64,000 nt of DNA from Ministeria vibrans ATCC 50519. Lineage: Eukaryota > Protista > Filasterea. The DNA lies in the NCBI GenBank assembly GCA_943704425.1, contig CALSCP010000524.1:1-64000 (forward strand), in the 5' to 3' direction. Of the stretch, positions 26,828-39,033 are shown in pieces (position 1 is the first letter of the stretch; every line of letters begins with the position of its first letter). Both the position numbers and the translations under genes were made by a program. A model generated the notes under the pieces. The model saw nothing but the letters and a program-made list of their open reading frames with translations. It was not told the DNA's origin and ran no database searches.

Positions 26828-29483
26828 TCATTCGACATCCGATTTCCTTCGAAGTGAGCAGAAGTTGAAAAGACGGATTTGGGTCTGGTCTGGGGCAACA
26901 TCATCAATGGATCTGTTCAAAGGAACAGAGCTACGGACGGCAGCAGCAAGCTAAGGATTGTCATTAAGGGTAGAATTAGAATTCGGCGTTGGGGATAGAC
27001 AGACTACACTTGTCTAGTCGCTACCAATCTGAGTTGTATTACCTGTAGTTTGTTGAACGTGAGCCTCCAAATGACTCCTGAGCGATTCACACTGAGAAGG
27101 TCATGGAGAAAATGACCCGTTGCAATGTCCCACACTTTGATAGTGCCATCATCAGACCCACTCACAATCTACAAAGAAGGTATGTCAGACAAAAGTACGC
27201 CAGAACACACCATATAACACACACATCATAACACGAAAGAAAAATAACGACATATCACAGTCATAAAATGTCACAAACACATTTTTTAAAAGCAACTGAC
27301 TCTGTGGTCGTCACTGTAAATGCACGTCACCGCCGCACGATGACCCTGGAAAGTGTGCACAAGCGCACCCGTCTCAATGTTCCACAGCTGATTCGCACCA
27401 TGGGAAAAAGAGTGAAACAAAGACAAATCAGTACTGGTTTTCGAATCGATGCCAAAGATGAAAATTTTTTGCACTCGCACACACATAAGTATACCTTAAT
27501 CGTGGAATCAGCATTCCCCGACACCAGCAGATTCCCATGTAACCGCAGCACCCCCACCAGAGAGTGATGGCCGCGCAGCACGAACTTGGCCCGCCCCTTC
27601 ACCACATCCCATACCCATATTTCAGTGTCCAGTGAGCCACTCACTGCTGTTTCTCCGTCAAATTGCATTGAGTAGATCTGGCAAAAAAAAAAAAAAACAC
27701 AATTTCAATCACTCAATCAATCCCTTACTGTGAATGTCTTACTCTCTTTGAGTGTCCCTCTAAGGAATGGTTCACTTTTCCTGTGTTTACATCCCAAACC
27801 TAAACAGATGCGACAAGTAAGTGGAAAACAATGTGACAGAGAGAGAGAGAAAAGAAAGAAACAAAGTGATAGAGATGTTATATAAAAGAAAGAAACAAAG
27901 TGATAGAGAGAGGAGAAAGAAACAAAGTGATAGAGAGAGAGAAAAAAAGAAGAAACAGTGATAGAGAGAAAGAAGAAAGAACAAAGTGATAGAGAGAGAA
28001 AGAAGAAGGAAACAAAGTGATAGAGAGAGAGAAGAACATACCTTAAGAGTGGTATCGTATGAAGCACTGACAACAAGTGAGTTGCGGAGACAGACACAGC
28101 GCACGGCAGCCTGGTGGCCACGAAGGACGTGCAGGCACTAAACCATAACAACATTATTAGTTTGGGTTAGAGTTAGAATAATTAATTAGAATGGGGGGTT
28201 TCTTTTCTTACAGCACCCGTTTGCATGTTCCAAACCCTCAACGTGGAGTCGCGCGAGCCCGACACAATGGTGTTGCCTTCAACGTGCACGCAGCGCACTG
28301 TGCTCGAGTGGCCCTTGAGCTCATGCAGACACAGTCCTTGGTCAATGTCCCACACTCGCAATGTCCGGTCCGTTGCGCCCGTCACAATCTTGTTTCCAGC
28401 ACGCTCACAGCTCCACACACCTCCGGTGTGGCCGCGCAATCGGTGTTTCAACTCGCCTGTTGAATCAAAACACCCCCCGAATTGAGAGACGCAGCAACAT
28501 GGATCATCAATCTGCTCATTGTACCTGTTCTGGCGTCCCACACAGACACAGTGTTGTCATCACTACCGCTGATGATGTAATCAGAATACAGTTCCAAGCA
28601 TGTAATTACACTGCCGGTGTCGTGAGCCGCAATTGTTTGCTTTTCCGTCACTCTATCGAGCGGAATTGAAAAAAAAAATTATTGTGTCTCTGTTTGCTTT
28701 TGCAACACTCTCCTTGTACCTTCCAGCTTCCCAGTTGAGTTCGAGTTCGCGGTTGGCTATGTAGACGTCTCTCCAGTGAAACAGATCGCGCGGATACGGT
28801 GGCTCGGGGACCTTGGTGGAGCGAATGCGGAGGAATGTTTCGGGAGTGTAGTTGTGCCGCTTACACAACACACGCCACAGACTGCACAAATCAAGCACAG
28901 GAGTCAGTAGACGTCGCAACCACATCCATACAACACATCCGCATATGCCACTGCACGCAACGCCACGCGCACACGCGCACAGACGGAGCGACACACAGCC
29001 ATTTTTTCTACTGTGATTTGGCTCACCTTCCGTCAAACGCGAGTTGTCTCCAGTTCCGGCACACCTGCGATGCGCGTGCAAGCGACGGCCCGTCCAGAAA
29101 GCCCAGGATGTGGATGGCAATCTCGTGGGGCAGGCCGGACACAAAGTCGCGCTGTAGCAAAGGCGTCACTTTCGCATTAAGAGATCTGGACGAACAGAGA
29201 GAGAGAGAGAGAGGAGAAAAAAAAAAGATTTAAGGTTTGTTGGCAGAGCGGAAACGCCTCGTCTGGCGTGCGGGGTGCTCGCGACAACGTCCCCGTCCAT
29301 GTCGGCATGCACTATGGAGGCTCGAGGGTGCGCGGGGACTCACCTGAGTTGAAAGTGAGAGCAAGAGAGCACAAATTGGTTCATCGCCTCCTCTTGTCTG
29401 GCTTTGTCCCACTCGTGAAAGCACGTGATCCATTGATCTACGTGATCCTCGTCCATTGGCACCGTCTCCATCGGAGAAGACAT
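26828..29483 (-). CDS. FBXW7: F-box/WD40 protein, FBXW7/Cdc4-like
   Basis: Dimerisation region, F-box LLQRDFVSGLPHEIAIHILGFLD...QVCRNWR, and WD40s GHTGGVW, GHSSTVRC, GHQAAVRC, SGSLDT, SGNADSTIK, SGSDDGTIKVWD. About 11 exons. Confidence 0.88.
27835..28035. repeat. Intronic minisatellite, unit of about 25-27 bp (AGAAAGAAACAAAGTGATAGAGAG); the same unit occurs inverted at 18925-19050
   Basis: About 7 degenerate copies here and about 4 reverse-complement copies at 18.9-19.0 kb. Confidence 0.85.
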
Positions 29484-29588
29484 GCTATTTATAAAAAGTG
29501 TGACAAAACTCACAAAAGTCAAAAACTCAAAAGTATCCAAAATAATCACAGACCACAGAGTGAGTCATTTCTTTTGATCTTTTTCGCA

Positions 29589-29703
29589 ATGGCTCGCACT
29601 AACGGCGTGACTGCTCGCTCGAGCCACAACCCAAAGTCGTCTTTGGATGATCAGTCTACGAGTCCCGGACCCGATGGAGCGGTAAGATAATCTTTATCAT
29701 CCC

Positions 29704-29749
<46 letters not shown>

Positions 29750-32324
29750 GAAAAAAAAAAAACTCTCTCTCTCTTTGAATATTTGAACTGTTGACTATGC
29801 GCGTGCACTCAGTCGTGCCCTGGACGTGGTGTTGTGGTGTAATGGCGTCCGGCGGCCTCCCAGGGGGCGCAACAGCCTTAAAAATGGCTCTTTGGCTTCC
29901 ACGTGAATTTCACGCAACCGATTCGCACAGTCGCAATTCCCGCCACGTTTCTCGCTCGCACGCGTCCTTCACGCGGCGCCACAAGCAGTGTATGTCGACG
30001 CGCGTCGTGGTGGGTGGAGCAGAGGGCCGGCGGGGGCGTGAGCGTGGCGCGGCGGTGGAAGGTTGATGTTCTCCGTTGTGGTTGGTCGTCCCGTCAGCCC
30101 TGACTGCCCCCAAAATCACACTCAGCGCCATCTGTTCACTCTCTGCTTCCCGCTCCTTGCTGCTGTTAGCCCCTATGCGTGTGTGTGTGTCTTCTGTGGG
30201 TGTTATCGCATTCCAACTCAAAATCAGACTCACTTTTTTTTTTTTTTTTTTTTTTTTTTTTGTGTACACTTTCAGGTCAACTCAATTCTGGGCAAGCTCA
30301 ACACTCTCTTCAACGACATCTTTGAGAAGGTCCTCACCGACTACCGTCCCCTCTTTGCCGTCTTCTTCTTGCTGCCTCTGACTGTGATCTATGAGGTAAA
30401 ACCCATTGAGGACCGTAACGTCTACTCACTCACTGACTGACTTGTGTGTGACTGTGTGTGTATTTCTGTGTTTCAAAACTCTAGATTTTCTTCTACGTTC
30501 GCAACTGGATTGTGTTCAAGCTGTCGTCTGCGCCTCAGGAGCACGATCGCCGTGTGCGTCACGTTCAGAAGCAGGTGCGCAAGTGGAAGGACGATGGCTC
30601 CAAGACGCGCATGTGCACGGCTCGTCCCGGCTGGCTCACTGTCAGCCTGCGTGTCGGCCGCTACAAGAAGACCATGACCAACATTGAAGTGAACCTGCGC
30701 GACGTCCTTGAAGTCTGCGAAAAGACCATGACCGTCCGTGTCGAGCCCCTTGTCACCATGGGCCAGCTCACGGCAACACTCCTCCCCCTCGGCTGGACCA
30801 TCCCGGTCGTGCCTGAGCTTGACGATCTCACCGTCGGCGGTCTTATCAACGGATTTGGTGTCGAGACGTCCTCGCACAAGTACGGTCTCTTCCAGCACAC
30901 GTGCACTGAGTTTGAGGTGAGTGTTGCACTATACAATAACAAAGTATGTTGGTGATGTATATAGAGCTCACACATTTTGTACGTGTGCGTCACATAGCTT
31001 GTGATGGCCAATGGCAGTGTGGAGGTGTGCAACAAGGACAACAACCCCGACCTGTTCTACGCCGTGCCTTGGTCCTACGGCACTCTTGGCTTCCTCGTGT
31101 CCGCCAAGATCAAGATTATTCCCGCAAGCAAGTTTGTCCGTGTCCAGTACGAGCCGCTCTTCACTCGCGCAGACTGCTCGCGTCGTTTTGAGGAGGAGAG
31201 CCGCAAGAACACCAATGAGTTTGTCGAGGAACTCATGTACTCTCGTGATGAGGTGAACATTTTTTGCAGTGATGTATTTGCATGATGATGCGTATCTCAA
31301 CATCACTCACACACAACATAATTTATGTTCTATTCTTCATTTTTTTTAGGCTGTCCTGATGACATCCACGATGGTCAACGAAATCCCCCAGGGTGTCCCT
31401 GTCAACTCCATTGGGCGCTGGTACAAACCGTGGTTCTTCAAGCACGTCGAGACGCTTCTCAACAACGCGCGCAAGGATAAAAAGGGCATCACCGTCGAGT
31501 GCATTCCCATCCGTGATTACTACCACCGCCACACTCGCTCCATCTTCTGGGAGTTGGGTGACATTATCCCCTTTGGAAACAACCCCATCTTCCGTCTTCT
31601 TGCTGGCTGGATGGTTAGTACTCTACCGCACTCATATACACTTAATGACTGTGTACTTTGCCGGTTTAGGTTCCTCCTAAGATTTCGCTGCTGAAACTGA
31701 CCGAGACCAAGGCAACCAAGAAGCTGTACGAGCTGCACCACGTCGTGCAGGACATGCTCATTCCCGTGCGTGACCTCGACAAGGGCCTCGACTGCTTCCA
31801 CACCGAGTTTGATCTCTACCCTCTCTGGGTAAACCACGCGACTGTAAATCAATACTTTTCTCAAAAGGTGTGTCTGTGTTCCGTAGATTTGCCCGATGCG
31901 CATCAAGACGGAAGGCAGTGAGCGCAACCCTATGTTGCGCCCGCTCGACGAAGACGAGATGTTTGTTGACCTGGGAGCGTACGGTACGCCCAAGGTCGGT
32001 AACTTTGTTGCCAAGGAGACTATGCGTCGCGTCGAGGAGTTTGTGCGCGACCACAATGGCTTCCAGGCTCTCTATGCCGACTGCTACATGTCCCGCGAGG
32101 AGTTCTATGAAATGTTTGACCATCGTCTCTATGAGAAGATGCGTGCGAAGTATGGCTGTGAGAACGCCTTCCCCGTCGTCTACGACAAGGTACCTAGTCT
32201 CTCTCTGTATCACTTGTTTTTATCCCTGTGTGTGATGTGTGAGTTCCTTTGATTGTGTTTGAATGTCACTTGTCTTTGACTCTTTTGTATCTTGTTTTAG
32301 ATCTCGCGTGCTGCTCGTCTTTGA
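29589..32324 (+). CDS. DHCR24: Delta(24)-sterol reductase (DHCR24/DWF1)
   Basis: [88 protein letters not shown]. Eight exons. Confidence 0.96.
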
Positions 32325-32423
32325 TTGCTTTTACTTTGAGTACACTCAATACAAAGGTGTTTTACTTTGCTTCGATTTTTGACAACAATTCAAACAAAAT
32401 TCAAAGATCGATATCATGTGTAT

Positions 32424-35400
32424 TTACAAAAACTCTCTCAGTACTCTCTCACACTCGTCGTGGCCTTTCTCTTGTGCAATTGAGAGTGCTGTCTTGTTCG
32501 TGGTGGTGGCAAGACGCAAGTCTGCCTTGCGACCACAAAGCAGTCGCAATGCCTCTGGCTGGTTGGAAAGACATGCGACCATTGTCGCAGTGTAGCCAAA
32601 TCCGTTGCGCGCGTTCAACTGTGCTGAAGACACAAACTCACATAAGACCGAAAGCACATTGGTGTGCCCGTTCTTGGCAGCAATCATGAGAAGTGTAGCG
32701 CCACTCTGATAGGTCGTGCTGGCGAGTTGTTGGTCGAGCGTGCAGAGCGTCCGTGTCACAACTTCTTCACCTCTCCGCACTGCTTCGCGCAGGACGGGGC
32801 GCAAGGAATCCGCAGAGTATTGACCCTGTGGCATCACAGCAAGTACAAAGGCAGTAGGAAAGTGTGTATTCGCAACCGCGACCCTGAGAGCGCTCTGCAA
32901 CTCGCGAGATTTTGAATTCGAGACAGAACAAAGATATTCCACGCAGCCAGTGTGCCCGAAGTGAGCAGAAATAGTCAGAACAGAGTGTAGTTGTCTAGGC
33001 TCAGAGTTATCTGGATTCTCAAAAAGGTATTTCAAGCAATCACGATGCCCTTTTGCTGCTGCATACAGCAACGCAGTCCACCCATCCTTGTCCTGTCGTG
33101 GTTCATTGCCACCTGGCTGTGTAAACAGGTACTCCACACAGCCAAGATGACNNNNNNNNNNNNNNNNNNNNNNNNNNNNNNNNNNNNNNNNNNNNNNNNN
33201 NNNNNNNNNNNNNNNNNNNNNNNNNNNNNNNNNNNNNNNNNNNNNNNNNNNNNNNNNNNNNNNNNNNNNNNNNNNNNNNNNNNNNNNNNNNNNNNNNNNN
33301 NNNNNNNNNNNNNNNNNNNNNNNNNNNNNNNNNNNNNNNNNNNNNNNNNNNNNNNNNNNNNNNNNNNNNNNNNNNNNNNNNNNNNNNNNNNNNNNNNNNN
33401 NNNNNNNNNNNNNNNNNNNNNNNNNNNNNNNNNNNNNNNNNNNNNNNNNNNNNNNNNNNNNNNNNNNNNNNNNNNNNNNNNNNNNNNNNNNNNNNNNNNN
33501 NNNNNNNNNNNNNNNNNNNNNNNNNNNNNNNNNNNNNNNNNNNNNNNNNNNNNNNNNNNNNNNNNNNNNNNNNNNNNNNNNNNNNNNNNNNNNNNNNNNN
33601 NNNNNNNNNNNNNNNNNNNNNNNNNNNNNNNNNNNNNNNNNNNNNNNNNNNNNNNNNNNNNNNNNNNNNNNNNNNNNNNNNNNNNNNNNNNNNNNNNNNN
33701 NNNNNNNNNNNNNNNNNNNNNNNNNNNNNNNNNNNNNNNNNNNNNNNNNNNNNNNNNNNNNNNNNNNNNNNNNNNNNNNNNNNNNNNNNNNNNNNNNNNN
33801 NNNNNNNNNNNNNNNNNNNNNNNNNNNNNNNNNNNNNNNNNNNNNNTGACTCATTCCATACCATTCAACATCAGCAATGTACAAGTCAGACTGGACAAAG
33901 TGTCGCACTGCACCACAAATGTGAAAGTCTGAAGACACATCAACATTCACAAAACTGTCGCACCCTTCAACGCCAAACACTCTCAAGGCAATCATCTCAT
34001 GCCCCTTTGCAACACAGGCATAAAAATCGCCTGCACTCTGACTCGTCAACCAGTCGCGCACCGACAAATGGAAGAAGCTCAGACCACCTTCCGCATCCTC
34101 ACTCAGATACTGAGACAAGCGTCCGAGACACCGATAAAAGAAGATGGGATCGCGTTGCTTCGGGTCAATTCCACCAGCGTGTGACACAACAGCAAACAGC
34201 TGCTGGGGAGTGAGCGGTTCGCAAGCTGCCAACAGCACGTTGACAATGGGCAGCACATGAATGCAATAATAGTCGGCGTCAAACTCAGTACGAAAGCACA
34301 AGAGATAGAAGGCGTCCATGTCATCACCAGCAGCGCCAGTTTCCCAATCTAGCTCACGGCCAATCACCAAATAGTCAAGGGCCACCGTGGCCCACTGGAA
34401 GTTCCCATGCGCACGCTTAACAAAAAGATCAAAGTCGATCGTCACACCAATGGGACCCAGCCGTGTTTGAGCATACAGCTTCATGTCCTCCTTCCCTGCA
34501 ACATCGTCGACAAGGTCCACACGCTGCCATAGATTGACGTGAGATAGAACGGACGTGACTCTCGGAAGACGACGGCTCGTCACCAGAACGCGCAGCCAGC
34601 GCGGACAATCCCGAGCCAGTTTGTGCACCAGCTCTGTCACGGTTGTCGTCTCGCCACTCTCGAGAGCCTCATCAAGACCGTCCACAACGATCACGTATGT
34701 CACAGCATCTTTTGTCACCTCAACAGGCTTGGGAATGCGACATAGGGTTCGAGCAAGAGCGCCCACCATCTGCGACGGTGTCAAACGCAGCTGCCCGCCA
34801 CCGAGCTCCTCCTTGATAACCACCTTGTATGTCTCGCTAAAGTGCGGAAGGCCCTCATTGCAACGCGACAATAGAGTCGTAGCAAATGTCTCGGCCTTGC
34901 GTGTCGATTCCACGTCGCGACGACACACGTAGTGGGCAGCAAGCATAATACAATCGACACGCTGATAGGACAGTTCAGGCGGACACACAATTTGCGCGGC
35001 AATCGCACTCTTGCCGAAACCTGGATCGCCAATGAGATGCACGCACGCCCCGCTCGCAAGCTTCGCTGCAATACTCTTCAGTAGCTCGTCGCGTCCGACA
35101 AACGCGGAAGTGCGCCGAGGCACAAATGATGGGTGCGACTCGTCGTACTCATGCAATTGATCTTTGGGAAGGGCCAACCGAGACGTTTTCATATGACTCA
35201 TTTTCAGGGCAATCTGACGAGAGACGGCAAGAGCGTCAAGCAGAGTCCTAAGTGACTTGACACACGAATCAAGCTGCCACGTCGTCTCCAGATCTTTGTC
35301 ATGGCGCATCTCCCCAATGAGCACCGTCAGCAGGTTGGCCGCCTCAAGTGCCGCTGAGCGCTTCTCTGGCGTCAATGCAGCACCAATTTCGCTTTTCTCA

Positions 35401-37096
35401 ATGAGGCAGCGCACCTGCGTCACGAGCACGTCGATGCTCCATTGGCAATCATGGTGGTAGTAGCTCTGCTCGGTCTTGTTGTCTCGCTTAAACGCGACAT
35501 AGGCCCACGGATCGAGCCCAGTGGCAGCAGCATCGGTTAGTTGTGTGTCACTAACGGGCAGGGTCTGCAGGGATTTCTTGACCAGCTGGTGTGCTTCTGT
35601 GGTAAACAGCGCAAAACATCCGTGCACACGCATGAACACCTCATCAATGTCGGTGTAAGGAACATGTGCAGACTGCAGCTGCTCATTTGCACCGACAAGG
35701 CGCGCTCCCCAGAGTTGCCGCAGAGAACCAGCGACACCAAGAGCATCGTCACGGGTATCGTCGCTAACATCAATGTCGCACTCGCTGAGTAGAAGAAGAA
35801 GGTCGGCCACGCACGCAATGCCACGAGCAATGCGCGTCGGGGCGACATAACTGTGACCGTTGTCGTTGCGCAGTGGGAAAATGACGGCAATGTAAGCGAG
35901 AAGGCGCTTCTCCAGGTCAGCAATGGCACCGGAGAAGTGAGCAGTGAGCAGCTCGGTCGCGTGGTGTCGCAATAAGAGACACACCGAGTACACATCCCAT
36001 GTGTCTGTGTCGTCCAAGTCGGTCGGACGAGTGGCGTCACTGAGATCGCAGTGGGGTTTGTCGAAGCGCGCCTTGAAGTCGTCGTCGTCGGGGTACAGTT
36101 TGCGCAGCCATGAGTGCACCAGTGGAGCAACGATGCGCTTGACTTCGCGGAATGCCATGCGCAACTTGAGTGCTGCTTCGGTGTGCACGGTGATGTCATA
36201 CGGTGTGCGCACGTTGGTTGTTGTTGGGCTCTTGAGCAAACGGGAGTTGTCGATCAACGTTGTCATGTCGGCAACACTAGGATGGCTCCAGTCGAGTGAG
36301 GGTTGAACAAGACCGCTTTGAAGGTAGCCCAAGAGAAGCTTGATGTCTCGTGGGGTGGAAAACTTTGCAGACAGGTCGAGGAAGAGGCGTGCTGCTTGTT
36401 CGACAACGGTTGGTGTGATGGAAATGGCGGTGGTCACCTGCCAAACGAGATCGCGGAGCAGTGGTCTGGCCGAAGCTGAAAGGGCCGAGAGTGCAGTGAG
36501 CGAGTTATAGAGTGTGTTGAGAAGCGCTGCGACGGCGGGATTGTGTGCGTAGTGATCGAAGACGGTGTTGTTCTTCAGGACAGCAAGAAGAAGACCCAAC
36601 TTGCGAAGTTTGGCGTCGGAAGGCACTGGCGACAACTTGACAATGTCGCGGTACACTGTGCAAACGGTTCGAGAGACGACCGACTTCGGCGGCACACCTG
36701 CGTCATCCAGGCCGTCGAAAAGCGCGCGGAGGCGCGGAAAGAAGGGGAGAAGCGCGTCGTCAGCATTCACCCCCCAAAACACATGCTTTCTCTTAGAAAA
36801 AGCGAAGCGTAAGAACTTGTATATGCAATAGTGTTTTACGGAGTTACCTCTGGAGTGTTCACAATCTTGAAGCAGGCGATGGCGATGTCGGAATAAACGT
36901 CGTGAAAATCGACGTCGGCGGATTTGCAATCGTCTTCGAGCAATCGCAGCTCGGCAGCGCCACGATCCTTAACGAGGTGCTCGCAAGAGCAACGGCATGT
37001 TGTGGGTGACCGAGGAGTGTTGCATCTGCCAGACTTGGTGCACGCAGCTCGTGCGGGGAGACCTGAGAGTGAAAGAGATAACTGTCAGCTCCAACA

Positions 37097-37128
<32 letters not shown>

Positions 37129-37162
37129 GAACGAACGAGCGCGCATATCCCGACGTACTCAT
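32424..37162 (-). CDS. NLR-like STAND protein: Cys-rich/helical N-terminus, tandem Swt1-like HEPN domains, NACHT (TANC-like), winged helix, ankyrin repeats (695-N gap in the repeat array)
   Basis: Micro-exon ATGA at 37162-37159, exon at about 37062-36848, then a long exon from about 36792. LRNDNGH at 35853-35870, Walker A GDPGFGKS at about 35007-35030, Walker B IVVDGLDE at about 34668-34691, LVTSR, GNFQW, FFHLSVRDWL. Ankyrin repeats GWTALLYAA, GATLLMIAA, GYTATMVA. Confidence 0.88.
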
Positions 37163-37294
37163 GAGCAAAGGTATCACTGTGTTCGCAAAGAAAAATGGGG
37201 TCGGAAAGTCGCGAGTTGAGACAGTGGGAAAAAAAAAATGAAATGAATATAATAAAATTAATTGATCACACATTTGTGCCCTTTCTCACACTTC

Positions 37295-38899
37295 ATGTCG
37301 CGAAGGCCACTTGCCGAGAAGATAGCGGGAGCCTTTCCTGTAATATTTGTTACGCGTAGGAAGAAAACATGACACAACGATCAAAACGAAAAGTTCACCA
37401 CTTCTCTCCTTCGCTCCACAGTGCTCTTTGGCTGGTCCTGGTACACTGTGGTGTTTGTGCTTAGCCCAACACTTCCCGTGGGCGGTCAGGTGTCTGTTAT
37501 TCTCGCTGAACATTTGGTACAATACCAATAGAAAACGAAATGTCGACATCCCATAACCTTTTTGTCGTTTTGCCGCTTCCCGACCAGCTTCTGGCCTTAG
37601 CGGTGTGGTCATGGGTGAAAACAATGGCGCAGACACCCTCTGAGCCGCCGGCGTTCTTCTCGGCGACGCGCGATCAGCTTGAATTCGACGAGTACGACGA
37701 TGTCATTGGCGTCGACGCACATCCCGAGAAGGACCGCCTTGCGTGCATCCGCCAGCGCACCAAGAACGGCAAGGTACCGCCGCCTTAGGCGAGTGCTTGG
37801 AGTGGCATGCGGCTGTGCAGCTCACGTCGGTTTGTTTGTGTAGTTTCGCTACTGCCATCCCTGTCAGGCACTCAAACCCGATCGCGCACATCACTGTTCC
37901 TTCTGCCACCAATGCGTCCTCAAGTTTGACCACCACTGTCCCTGGGTCAACAACTGTGTTTGCTTTGCAAACTACAGATATTTCTACCAGTTTGTCTGTA
38001 AGACTTAGAAAATAGTTCAAAGTGAAAGAAACTCATACTTTTGTACGTCTAGGTTATGCCTCACTCTACACAGTCTTCATCTTCTGCGTCACACTTCCCG
38101 TAGCAATCAGTTTCTTTACAGTAATCAACCGCCTAAATACTCCTCAACGCCCTCACCCTAAAGGCAACCCTAATTTTTCTGTCTCTACTTAGGGCTCCAA
38201 CACCCAACACAGTGACACTGCCATTCGCATCCAACTTCTTATGCTCTGTTTCATCTCTCTCCCTTTTTCCCTCGCCGTCATTTCTCTCTCGTCCTACCAT
38301 TCTTTTCTCATCCACTCAAACTCGACCACAAATGGTAAATACTCCATGTTAATACGATGATATTGGATATTGTCTCACTTTTCTTTTCTTTCCAGAGGCA
38401 CTTTCTGCTCCTCGATTCGATGTCAAGCTGGTGAAAAAGAATGGTTATGATTTGGGCAGAAAAGCTAATTGGGAACAAGTCAGATTAAAACAAAAGAAAG
38501 CTGTGTCTGTGTTTGAGTCTCATTCTTTATTTTTAATAGGCTTTGGGTCCGTTTGGTCTCTCTCGATTTTTCCCCATCAACTTACCGGTGCAATCAGGCC
38601 CTGAAAACCAGTAAGACCTTAAAGTCCTCTCCTAGCAATCTCTCATGGGCTTCCTTTTCAGACTTTGCAATGGTTTTTCGTATCCATTGTGTGCGACTGC
38701 AGAGCCCGTCGATTTGGACGGTCCCGTTTCCGTTGACGTGGGCGCACCCGCCTTGGCCTCCACAACGCCACCAGCCGCCAGCCATAGCAATACGAGTAAC
38801 AGTAGTAGTATTAATAGTAGTAGTAAGGCAAAAGGGAAGGGAGGTGTTCCGGAACTCGCGACACTCTTGGGCGGTGCGGATGGCGATGAAAGCGAATAA
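37295..38899 (+). CDS. DHHC palmitoyltransferase (ZDHHC2/15/20-like)
   Basis: [39 protein letters not shown], TTxE motif (NSTTNE), [11 protein letters not shown]. About 8 exons. Confidence 0.92.
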
Positions 38900-39033
38900 T
38901 ACAATGTTATAATTATTATGAATATTATTATTATTATAATATTTATCACGAGTCGACTGTCGAATGACAAATCAAAAAATCAATTATTATTGTTTGCTTT
39001 ATTACTCTTGTGCGTACACCCTGTGTGATATAC

